Source of the DNA: Bdellovibrionales bacterium
GTDB taxonomy: Bacteria > Bdellovibrionota > Bdellovibrionia > Bdellovibrionales > JAGQZY01
Length of the DNA: 64,000 bases
Assembly: GCA_031426555.1 (NCBI GenBank)
Contig: JANPLN010000030.1
Span: forward strand, 1-64,000
Reading direction: 5' to 3'
Shown: piece by piece, positions 56,320 through 64,000 of the stretch
How the letters are laid out: the number at the start of each line of letters is the position of its first letter
How positions within the stretch are numbered: position 1 is the stretch's first letter
The notes under the pieces: generated by a model
Databases searched by the model: none
What the model was told of the DNA's origin: nothing
What the model saw: only the letters and a program-made list of their open reading frames with translations
Program-made: the position numbers and the translations under genes

Positions 56320-59300
56320 ATGATGGAAAATACACCTGTTGATACCCCAAATCAGTATTGGAAAAGTCTCGACGAAAAATATCAGACACCCGAGTTTTTA
56401 AAAACTCTGGAAAATGAGTTTGCGTCTTCACCACTAAAATCAGAAGACGGCCAAGACGGACTCGCCCGGCGCCAATTTATGAAACTGATGGGAGCCAGCG
56501 TGGCCCTTTCGGCTGCCGCCTGTGTTCGCCGACCCGTACAAAAAATCATTCCCTATAACAAGCGCCCCGCGGAGATCATTCCCGATCTTCCAAACTACTA
56601 TGCATCGTCGTGGTTTGATGGAACACAGGGTTTAGGCCTGGTGGTCAAAACCCGCGAAGGTCGTCCGTTGTTTGTTTCGGGAAATGCAGAGCATCCATTA
56701 AATGGCCGTGGTCTCAGCGCCCGCGCCAGTGCGCATATATTAAGTCTTTACGATCCAGATCGTCTGAAGGGCCCCATCTTTAACTCAGTAAATCCCAAAA
56801 AGCGTCGCAACTCTTTGCGGGCCGATGCAAAGTGGGAGCAGATCGATGCCAAAGTGGCAGCTCAGTTAAAAAAAGGCGACGTGGCTTTGCTGACTGCAAG
56901 TTACCCTTCTGAGCACACACAGAATTTAATTTCTTCGTTCCTGGGAAAATTTTCCGGCAAAAAATATGTGTGGGACACAATGACCACGGAGAGTTTGCGT
57001 GAGGCGCAAAAGATTTCTTACGGTTCAGCCGTGGTTCCAAGCTATCATTTTGATAAATCACTTTTGACAGTGTCGTTAGATGCGGACTTTTTGGGAACTT
57101 ATCTATCGCCTGTCCATTTTACACGAAACTTTAATCTATCGCGAAACCCCGAAGGTAAAAAGATGGCAAAGCTCATCTCTTTCCATTCGGTGCCGTCGCT
57201 TACAGCTCTGAATGCCGATGATGGTTATCAAGTGGCCGCAAGCCAACAATTGGGCTTGGCCTTAGGACTTCTACAGCGCGTTCTCGCAGGCAAAGGCAGT
57301 GGGTTGACCGCCGAACTTAAAAAGTTTGCCCTCACCGACGAACAGCTCGGCTTCGAAAACGGAACATTGACCACGGTTGCAAAACAACTCCTCGAAAATT
57401 CGGGGGAGAGTTTAGTGATGGCCGGCGGAATCCAGTGCGAAACTGCCAACGCTATCAATCTTCAGTTGGTCGTGAACTGGCTCAACTCGGCTCTCGGCAA
57501 CGAAGGCAAAACCATCACCGCGCAAAGTTCCTATCAAAGCCTCGAAGGTAAAACTGCGGACATCTTTGAGCTCATGAAGCAGATTGACGATGGAAAAGTA
57601 AAAACGTTGATCATTCACGATCTCAATCCCGTCTACAGTTTGCCAACCTCTTTAGGTTTTGAAAAGCGCCTCGACAAAGTGGAAATGGTTATTACGACTA
57701 GCAACTGGATGGACGAAACGTCTTATTTAGCCAATGTTGTGGCGCCCGCCGGGCACCCCATGGAAAACTGGAACGAGTTTGAATTTGCAAAGGGCGTGCA
57801 CACCATTCAGCAGCCAACAGTTCGTCCTCTAGGTGACACGCGAAGTTTTGAGGACAGCCTCCTCATGTGGGCGCAAGCCGCAGGTTCTGAAATCACTCCA
57901 GAAAAAACATTTTTCGAACTGCTCAAGAAAAAAGTTTCGGGCACCGTTGGCTCCGAAGCCGAATGGTTTGAGTATTTGCAAAAAGGTTTTCGCGGTCAGG
58001 TGGCTGAGGGTGGATCTGCCCGAGGCTTAAGCTCGGCAGCGGCCAGTCAAATTCAGCCGGTGGAATCTAAGGTCGAAGGTCTCGAACTCGTGATCTTTCC
58101 AACGGTGCACATGACCGATGGTTCATTGGCCAACGTGTCATGGTTGCAGGAGCTTCCAGATCCCGTGAGCAAGATTGTTTGGGATAACGTATTAACCTTG
58201 TCGCCAAAAACTGCCAAAGACATGGGCATCAAAGATGGCACCGTTGTCACCGTCGAAGTGAATGGCGCCAGCTTAAAAGTTCCCGCATATATTCAGCCAG
58301 GGCAGTCGAACAAAGTCGCCGGTATTGCCCTTGGTTATGGCCGCCAAGCGGGAATGGAGCTTGCAAAAAATGTGGGCGTGAATGCTGCGCAATTGATTCA
58401 AGCCATTGATGGAAAATTCCAGTACGCTGGCCAATCTGTAAAGGTGACAAAGACGTCTGAAAAAATCGAACTTGCGATCACGCAAGGGCACAATTCCATG
58501 GAAGGCCGTCAGATTGTCGCTGAATCCACATTCAAAGGCTACAAAGACGGCAAAACGGGAATTCATCGCCATCAAATCTTTAGTATCTGGGGCCAGCATA
58601 AGTATGATGGTCACAAATGGGGAATGTCGATTGATCTCAACACCTGCACAGGCTGCTCAGCTTGTATGGTGGCCTGTCAGTCGGAAAATAACATTCCAGT
58701 CGTTGGTAAAAAGTATGTTCTGCAAGGTCGCGAAATGCATTGGATCCGCATCGATCGTTATTACAGCGGCAGCGAGGCCTCACCCGATGCGGTATTTCAA
58801 CCGGTCTTGTGCCAACACTGCGAAAACGCTCCGTGCGAAACAGTCTGTCCAGTTTTAGCCACTGTCCATAGCGATGAAGGCCTGAACGACATGGTGTACA
58901 ACCGTTGCGTGGGAACTCGTTACTGCTCTAACAACTGTCCTTATAAAGTCCGTCGCTTTAACTGGTTTTACTACGATGGACACCACCGCAAAGAAAATCT
59001 ACATATGGCCCTCAACCCAGAAGTGACCGTGCGCACTCGTGGGGTCATGGAAAAATGTACGTTTTGCGTTCAAAGAATCAAAGACAGCAAAAACACAGCA
59101 AGGGATGAAAACCGCTCTCTGAAAGACGGCGACATCAAAACGGCCTGTGAAGAGGTTTGTCCAACAAGCGCCATCACGTTTGGTGATTTGAACGACAAAG
59201 ACAGCAAAGTGAGTCAAATGTTTGCATCGCAGAGACAGTACACGCTACTCGAAGAAGTCAACGCAGCTCCGCGAGTGCGCTACATGGCAAAAATTCGCAA

Positions 59301-59394
59301 CACGGATCGCGCCATGTCCAATGGTCACCACGGCGACGAAAAACATGCGCCTTCCCATGACGCTAAAGATTCAAATAAGGAAACACACACATGA
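56320..59394 (+). CDS. actB: Alternative complex III subunit B (Tat-exported molybdopterin-oxidoreductase-like domain plus Fe-S domain)
   Basis: [62 protein letters not shown]. Confidence 0.95.
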   Translation: MMENTPVDTPNQYWKSLDEKYQTPEFLKTLENEFASSPLKSEDGQDGLARRQFMKLMGASVALSAAACVRRPVQKIIPYNKRPAEIIPDLPNYYASSWFDGTQGLGLVVKTREGRPLFVSGNAEHPLNGRGLSARASAHILSLYDPDRLKGPIFNSVNPKKRRNSLRADAKWEQIDAKVAAQLKKGDVALLTASYPSEHTQNLISSFLGKFSGKKYVWDTMTTESLREAQKISYGSAVVPSYHFDKSLLTVSLDADFLGTYLSPVHFTRNFNLSRNPEGKKMAKLISFHSVPSLTALNADDGYQVAASQQLGLALGLLQRVLAGKGSGLTAELKKFALTDEQLGFENGTLTTVAKQLLENSGESLVMAGGIQCETANAINLQLVVNWLNSALGNEGKTITAQSSYQSLEGKTADIFELMKQIDDGKVKTLIIHDLNPVYSLPTSLGFEKRLDKVEMVITTSNWMDETSYLANVVAPAGHPMENWNEFEFAKGVHTIQQPTVRPLGDTRSFEDSLLMWAQAAGSEITPEKTFFELLKKKVSGTVGSEAEWFEYLQKGFRGQVAEGGSARGLSSAAASQIQPVESKVEGLELVIFPTVHMTDGSLANVSWLQELPDPVSKIVWDNVLTLSPKTAKDMGIKDGTVVTVEVNGASLKVPAYIQPGQSNKVAGIALGYGRQAGMELAKNVGVNAAQLIQAIDGKFQYAGQSVKVTKTSEKIELAITQGHNSMEGRQIVAESTFKGYKDGKTGIHRHQIFSIWGQHKYDGHKWGMSIDLNTCTGCSACMVACQSENNIPVVGKKYVLQGREMHWIRIDRYYSGSEASPDAVFQPVLCQHCENAPCETVCPVLATVHSDEGLNDMVYNRCVGTRYCSNNCPYKVRRFNWFYYDGHHRKENLHMALNPEVTVRTRGVMEKCTFCVQRIKDSKNTARDENRSLKDGDIKTACEEVCPTSAITFGDLNDKDSKVSQMFASQRQYTLLEEVNAAPRVRYMAKIRNTDRAMSNGHHGDEKHAPSHDAKDSNKETHT

Positions 59395-60767
59395 TCGAGC
59401 GTAAACAACTCATTTTAGGGAACAAGACGTACAAGGAAATCACCGACGATATCTGTGAACCCGTCGAAAGCTCTCCGGGGCGCGGCTGGATCACACTTTT
59501 TTTCAGCGCAAAAGCGTTGTTCCTATTTTACATCGTCAGCATTGGAATCATTGTTTGCACGGGTATGGGTCTTTTGGGTGTGAACCATCCGGTGGGCTGG
59601 GGAACGATGATTGTGACCTTCGTTTTTTGGATTGGTATCGGTCACGCGGGCACGCTGATCTCTGCGGTTCTGTTTTTGTTTCGCCAAAAGTGGCGCACCT
59701 CAGTGGCGCGTTCTGCCGAAGCCATGACCGTGTTTGCGGTGATGACGGCGGGAATTTTTCCACTGATTCACACCGGTCGACCGTGGCTTGATTTTTGGCT
59801 GATTCCTTATCCCAACCAGCGCGGTCCATTGTGGGTGAATTTTCGCTCGCCGCTCTTATGGGATGTTTTTGCGGTTTCGACGTATGCGACTGTTTCCATC
59901 GTTTTTTGGTATGTGGGGCTCGTCCCAGATTTTGCGACCATTCGCGATCGGGCGAAAACCAATTTGCGCAAAAAGATTTATGGTATTTTATCCTTAGGCT
60001 GGCGCGGAACAGGCCGTAATTGGAGTCACTACGAGATGGTGTATATGCTCCTCGCGGGCCTCTCAACGCCGCTCGTCTTATCAGTGCATACCATCGTATC
60101 CTTCGACTTCGCGGTTTCCTCGCTCCCGGGTTGGCACACCACGATTTTTCCTCCGTACTTTGTTGCGGGCGCTATTTTTTCGGGTTTCGGAATGGTGGTC
60201 ACGCTTTTGACATTGGTCAGAATCGGTTTTCCAAAATTTAAAGACTACATCACCATCGATCATATGGAAGTGATGAACAAAATCATCATGGCCACCGGGA
60301 TGATGGTGGGTTACGCCTACGGATCTGAATTCTTTATTGCTTGGTACTCGGGTGTTCCCTACGAAAAGTACGCCTTCGTCAACCGCGCTGTGGGGCCGTA
60401 CTGGTGGGCTTACTGGACAATGGTGACTTGCAACGTAATTATTCCGCAGATTTTTTGGGCTAAATGGGCGCGTCGAAGCATTCCAATCATGTTTGTGGTG
60501 TCGATCTTCGTGAACATCGGAATGTGGTTTGAGCGTTTCGTAATTACAGTGACTTCGCTTCACCGCGATTATCTACCGTCCAACTGGGGAATGTACGCTT
60601 GGTCGCGCTGGGATGCTGCGATTCTGTTTGGAAGTTTTGGAATGTTCCTGACCATTTTTCTGCTCTATCTCAGATTCTTCCCAGCCATCTCGATTGCTGA
60701 AGTGAAACCTATGCTCTATGTAGGCAGAAAAACAAAAGATGCAAAGGGAGGGCACGGTGGCCACTAA
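59391..60767 (+). CDS. actC: Alternative complex III quinol-oxidising subunit C (NrfD family)
   Basis: [36 protein letters not shown]. Confidence 0.95.
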   Translation: MIERKQLILGNKTYKEITDDICEPVESSPGRGWITLFFSAKALFLFYIVSIGIIVCTGMGLLGVNHPVGWGTMIVTFVFWIGIGHAGTLISAVLFLFRQKWRTSVARSAEAMTVFAVMTAGIFPLIHTGRPWLDFWLIPYPNQRGPLWVNFRSPLLWDVFAVSTYATVSIVFWYVGLVPDFATIRDRAKTNLRKKIYGILSLGWRGTGRNWSHYEMVYMLLAGLSTPLVLSVHTIVSFDFAVSSLPGWHTTIFPPYFVAGAIFSGFGMVVTLLTLVRIGFPKFKDYITIDHMEVMNKIIMATGMMVGYAYGSEFFIAWYSGVPYEKYAFVNRAVGPYWWAYWTMVTCNVIIPQIFWAKWARRSIPIMFVVSIFVNIGMWFERFVITVTSLHRDYLPSNWGMYAWSRWDAAILFGSFGMFLTIFLLYLRFFPAISIAEVKPMLYVGRKTKDAKGGHGGH

Positions 60768-61290
60768 GAAAAAGTTTTTATCTGGCGTTGTTGGGTTTTG
60801 GAGCGATGATCACGAACTCGTCGAAGCCGCGATAAAAATGCGCGAGGCGGGTTACACGCACTTTGATTCCATCACTCCGTTTCCGGTGCACGGGATGGAA
60901 GAGGCCGTGGGCATTAAGCGCAGTTTTATTCCCTACGTCACTTTCGTTGCGGGACTCATTGGCGCAAGCTTAGGAATGCTGCTGCAATATTGGATCTCCG
61001 CAGTCGACTGGCCAATCATTGTTGGGGGTAAACCGCATTTTTCAGCTCCGGCATTTATCCCAATTACGTTTGAAATAACAATTCTTTTTGCGGCGTTGAG
61101 TTCCGTGGTGACGATGTTTGCGGTGAATCGACTTCCCAAAATCAATCCTCCCATCATCGATCCCGATCTCACATCACACAAATTTGCGCTGTGGATCCCC
61201 GAGACTGAGCCAGGATACAGCCCTGAAAAAGTAGAAGCGTTCTTGAAACAATTAGGTGCCGAAGACGTGCGCCGAGTGGCGGAGTTTTAA
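60757..61290 (+). CDS. actD: Alternative complex III subunit D (DUF3341)
   Basis: [28 protein letters not shown] behind GGAGG. Confidence 0.92.
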   Translation: MATKKKFLSGVVGFWSDDHELVEAAIKMREAGYTHFDSITPFPVHGMEEAVGIKRSFIPYVTFVAGLIGASLGMLLQYWISAVDWPIIVGGKPHFSAPAFIPITFEITILFAALSSVVTMFAVNRLPKINPPIIDPDLTSHKFALWIPETEPGYSPEKVEAFLKQLGAEDVRRVAEF

Positions 61291-61291
61291 A

Positions 61292-61870
61292 ATGATGAGT
61301 GATCGTACATTAAGTTGGGCGTTCTTTTTATGTGTGAGCCTTTTTGCCTCTGTGTTTGTATTTGGTTTAACGGGTTGCGGACCCAGCGACGGAAAACCAA
61401 ACGTTGAGCTCATTCAAGATATGATGGTTCAACCTGCCAACAAGGCGCAGGATTTTTTAGCTTCCAATCCCGAAAAAAGCAGTCAGCTTGTTCCGCCCGA
61501 AGGGACAGCGGCCGTCAATCGTGAGGTTTACTTGTACAAGGGAAACCCAGAGGGTGCTGAAGCTAATTTGAAGATGCCCGAGGTGACTGCAGACATGGTT
61601 AAGCTTGGAGAAAAACACTTCAAGAATTACTGCTTAGTCTGCCACGGCGAAAAGGGCGCAGGCGACGGACCAGTGGCCAGCAAATTTCAAGGCGTAAAAC
61701 CACCATCGCTCCTGAGCGATAAAGTTCGTGGAATGAAAGACGGTGGGATTTATCACATCATCACTGACGGACAGGGTGTTATGGGAACGTACATTAATCA
61801 CATGCCGTGGAGCAAAGATCGTTGGGCTGTAGTGTCCTATGTTCGTAAACTGCAGAGCGACAGTAAATAG
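61292..61870 (+). CDS. actE: Alternative complex III monoheme cytochrome c lipoprotein E
   Basis: Lipobox LTGC, DM motif, CLVCH, DRWAVVSYVR. Confidence 0.92.
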   Translation: MMSDRTLSWAFFLCVSLFASVFVFGLTGCGPSDGKPNVELIQDMMVQPANKAQDFLASNPEKSSQLVPPEGTAAVNREVYLYKGNPEGAEANLKMPEVTADMVKLGEKHFKNYCLVCHGEKGAGDGPVASKFQGVKPPSLLSDKVRGMKDGGIYHIITDGQGVMGTYINHMPWSKDRWAVVSYVRKLQSDSK

Positions 61871-61907
61871 GTCCGACAAATAGGTCGACAAATAATTAGG
61901 AGAGAAC

Positions 61908-63110
61908 ATGTCAGGTTTAGATTTAGAAAATGTGAGTCCACAAAAATTTCAACTCGAGCCTAAGTTAAAAACCGCCATGGCGGCTCTCGCTTGCGGCGGT
62001 GGGGCTCTGTTGGCCTTAGGGTTTATGGTGGACCACGAGCGTGCATGGCATGCCTACTTGGTGAGTTTTTTCTACTTCACGTGTTTAGCAATGGGCGGCC
62101 TGTTTTTTACCGCCCTTCAACATATGGCAGCTGCCGGCTGGAGTGTAAACATTCGCCGTTTGGCGGAGGCTCTTACAGCTTTTATTCCCTATCTTCTTGT
62201 TCTTGGACTTCCCCTTGTGTTTTTTGCGGGGAAAGATCTTTATCTTTGGCTCGACGCCGATGTAGTTGCTGCCGATCCAATTCTGACGGGCAAAGCGGCC
62301 TACTTAAATAAAACGTTCTTTGCCATTCGTTTTGTTTTGTTCGCTGGAGCTTGGGCTTTCTTCGCTAAAAAAATCGTCGGTTTTTCACTTCAGCAAGACA
62401 ACGATGGCAAAGACGAATGGACCACGCTGGCCTTAAAGTGGTCGGTGATTTTTGTTCTCGTGTTTGCGCTGAGTTTTTCTTTCTTCAGTGTCGATTTTTT
62501 GATGAGCCTCGAGCCGCACTGGTTTAGTACTATTTTTGGTGTTTACTGCTTTGCGGGAATGTTTCAGTCCACCTTAGCGCTTCTCTGTTTGATCACAATG
62601 TATGTGATTCATAAAGGTTGGGCCCGCGGCCTTATCACCATTGAGCATGTTCATGATCTCGCTAAATACACAAAAGCGTTCACTGTTTTTTGGGCGTACA
62701 TTGCGTTTAGCCAATTTATGCTGATTTGGTACGCCAATCTTCCCGAAGAGACTATTTTTTACCTCCATCGCTCGCACGGTGGTTGGTTGTACATTTCGGT
62801 GGGTTTGATTGTGTTTCGTTTTGTGGTTCCCTTTTTGGCGCTTTTGCCTCGCTGGGCAAAGCGGACGCCGTCGCATTTAGCCGCTGTTTGCGTATTGATT
62901 TTAGTTATGCAGTATGTGGATTTGTACTGGTTAGTTTACCCCAACTACAGCAATGAGTTCGTAGCATTTTCGTGGATGGAAATCGGCGCCTTCGTTGGAT
63001 TCCTGGGCGGCTTTGGCCTCGTGGTGACGCAGTTTTTGGCGAAGTACAATTTACTTCCCATCAAAGATCCCCGCAAATCCGAGTCCACCAACCACCACGT
63101 GGTGTACTAA
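61908..63110 (+). CDS. actF: Alternative complex III subunit F
   Basis: MSLEPHWFSTIFG, FWAYIAFSQFMLIWYANLPEET. Confidence 0.93.
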   Translation: MSGLDLENVSPQKFQLEPKLKTAMAALACGGGALLALGFMVDHERAWHAYLVSFFYFTCLAMGGLFFTALQHMAAAGWSVNIRRLAEALTAFIPYLLVLGLPLVFFAGKDLYLWLDADVVAADPILTGKAAYLNKTFFAIRFVLFAGAWAFFAKKIVGFSLQQDNDGKDEWTTLALKWSVIFVLVFALSFSFFSVDFLMSLEPHWFSTIFGVYCFAGMFQSTLALLCLITMYVIHKGWARGLITIEHVHDLAKYTKAFTVFWAYIAFSQFMLIWYANLPEETIFYLHRSHGGWLYISVGLIVFRFVVPFLALLPRWAKRTPSHLAAVCVLILVMQYVDLYWLVYPNYSNEFVAFSWMEIGAFVGFLGGFGLVVTQFLAKYNLLPIKDPRKSESTNHHVVY

Positions 63111-63133
63111 AGTACGTGGGTCCTTTTGCGACC

Positions 63134-63166
63134 AAGGGCGTCTCGATCTGACGCAGATGCCCTTTT
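63134..63166 (+). terminator. Probable terminator of the act operon
   Basis: AAGGGCGTCT / AGATGCCCTT stem ending in a short T run. Confidence 0.55.
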
Positions 63167-63302
63167 AAGTATCATCGGGGAGAATATATTTGATCTTTGG
63201 CGTCATTTTCATTAGTCTGTCGTCAGTGAAATATTGCATATCTGTTAAAATTAATTCGACGATCCATTGTCTGACAAATTCTTTGATGACCACTCTCTCA
63301 TA

Positions 63303-64000
63303 ATGGCATCCGTTCGCATCACTCTCCCAGATAATTCCATCAAAAGCTTCGATCAATCTCCGACTATTTTACAAGTGGCTGAAAGCATCGGACCCGGCCT
63401 CGCAAAAAACTGCGTGGGTGGTTGTATCAATGGCAGTAAAGAAATTATTGATCTTCGCACCCCCTTGAGTGATGGCGATCGCCTCGAAATCGTGACTTCT
63501 AATTCTGAAAAGGGACGAGAGGTTCTACGTCACTCGGCTGCCCACATTATGGCGCATGCGGTGCAGGAATTATTTAAAAATGTAAAGGTGACCATCGGGC
63601 CCGTCGTGGATGATGGTTTCTACTACGACTTCGACCCTGAAACTCCGCTCACTTTGGCTGATCTGCAAAAAATTGAAGATCGCATGTACGAAATCATCCA
63701 GCGCAATGTTCCGCTGGTGCGTGAAGTGTGGCCCTCCGACAAAGCGGTCCAAGTTTTTGCCGACATGGGCGAGAGTTACAAAGCCGAAATCATCAGCGAT
63801 CTAAAAACATCCGAAGTCTCCATTTATAAACAAGGCACATGGTTTGATTTGTGCCGTGGGCCCCATGTGCAAAGTACTGGGCAAGTGAAAGCCGTGAAAG
63901 TGATGTCCATCGCCGGCGCCTACTGGCGGGGAGATCAAAAAAATAAACAACTTCAGCGCGTTTATGCGACGGCTTTCAACGACAAAAAAGAACTCAAAGA
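63303..64000 (+). CDS. thrS: Threonyl-tRNA synthetase, 5' part (runs off the window)
   Basis: Translated manually, not in the ORF track: MASVRITLPD (TGS domain), LRHSAAHIMA, IGPVVDDGFYYDFD, DLCRGPHV, AGAYWRGD, LQRVYA. Confidence 0.96.
   Translation, partial: MASVRITLPDNSIKSFDQSPTILQVAESIGPGLAKNCVGGCINGSKEIIDLRTPLSDGDRLEIVTSNSEKGREVLRHSAAHIMAHAVQELFKNVKVTIGPVVDDGFYYDFDPETPLTLADLQKIEDRMYEIIQRNVPLVREVWPSDKAVQVFADMGESYKAEIISDLKTSEVSIYKQGTWFDLCRGPHVQSTGQVKAVKVMSIAGAYWRGDQKNKQLQRVYATAFNDKKELK

Noticed and set aside
61865..61894. AAATAGGTC(C)GAC 12-13-bp tandem duplication at the actE stop
   Set aside because: Too short to interpret; most simply replication slippage

Overview
A gene-dense bacterial chromosome segment. 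The gene content and order (gspC divergent from gspD-N with a long PilM-like GspL, ccsB/ccsA next to actABCDEF, a eukaryote-type AdoMetDC) suggest a Bdellovibrionota predator; this taxonomy is inferred. Contents in order: start of an S1/P1 nuclease-like gene cut by the window edge, iscS, isovaleryl-CoA dehydrogenase, a secreted 3x40-aa repeat protein, trmH-speE-speD, an ExbBD-TonB-receptor-lipoprotein cassette, an orphan Flp/Tad-type pilin, an acyltransferase/glpK pair, a GT9-methyltransferase-GT-C/TPR operon, a TPR-Slt transglycosylase, ychF-pth-rplY-prs, rdgB-rph-amidase, ssb, a type II secretion cluster, a degenerate acyltransferase, GNAT/PduO/formylglutamate hydrolase genes, system II cytochrome c biogenesis, a Cys-repeat secreted protein, alternative complex III and the 5' part of thrS. 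I found no tRNA, rRNA, CRISPR array, transposase or integrase. The most unusual signal is non-coding: four giant palindromes (135-183 bp) with 47-67-bp near-perfect arms that differ from copy to copy and surround short structured cores. Two full elements, one half-copy and possibly a 32-bp tandem repeat share an AAGACGCG-hairpin-CTC core. One element has an exact 7-bp flanking direct repeat. In another, one arm mirrors the last 8 codons of gspN, differing only at synonymous G.U-compatible positions in that part.
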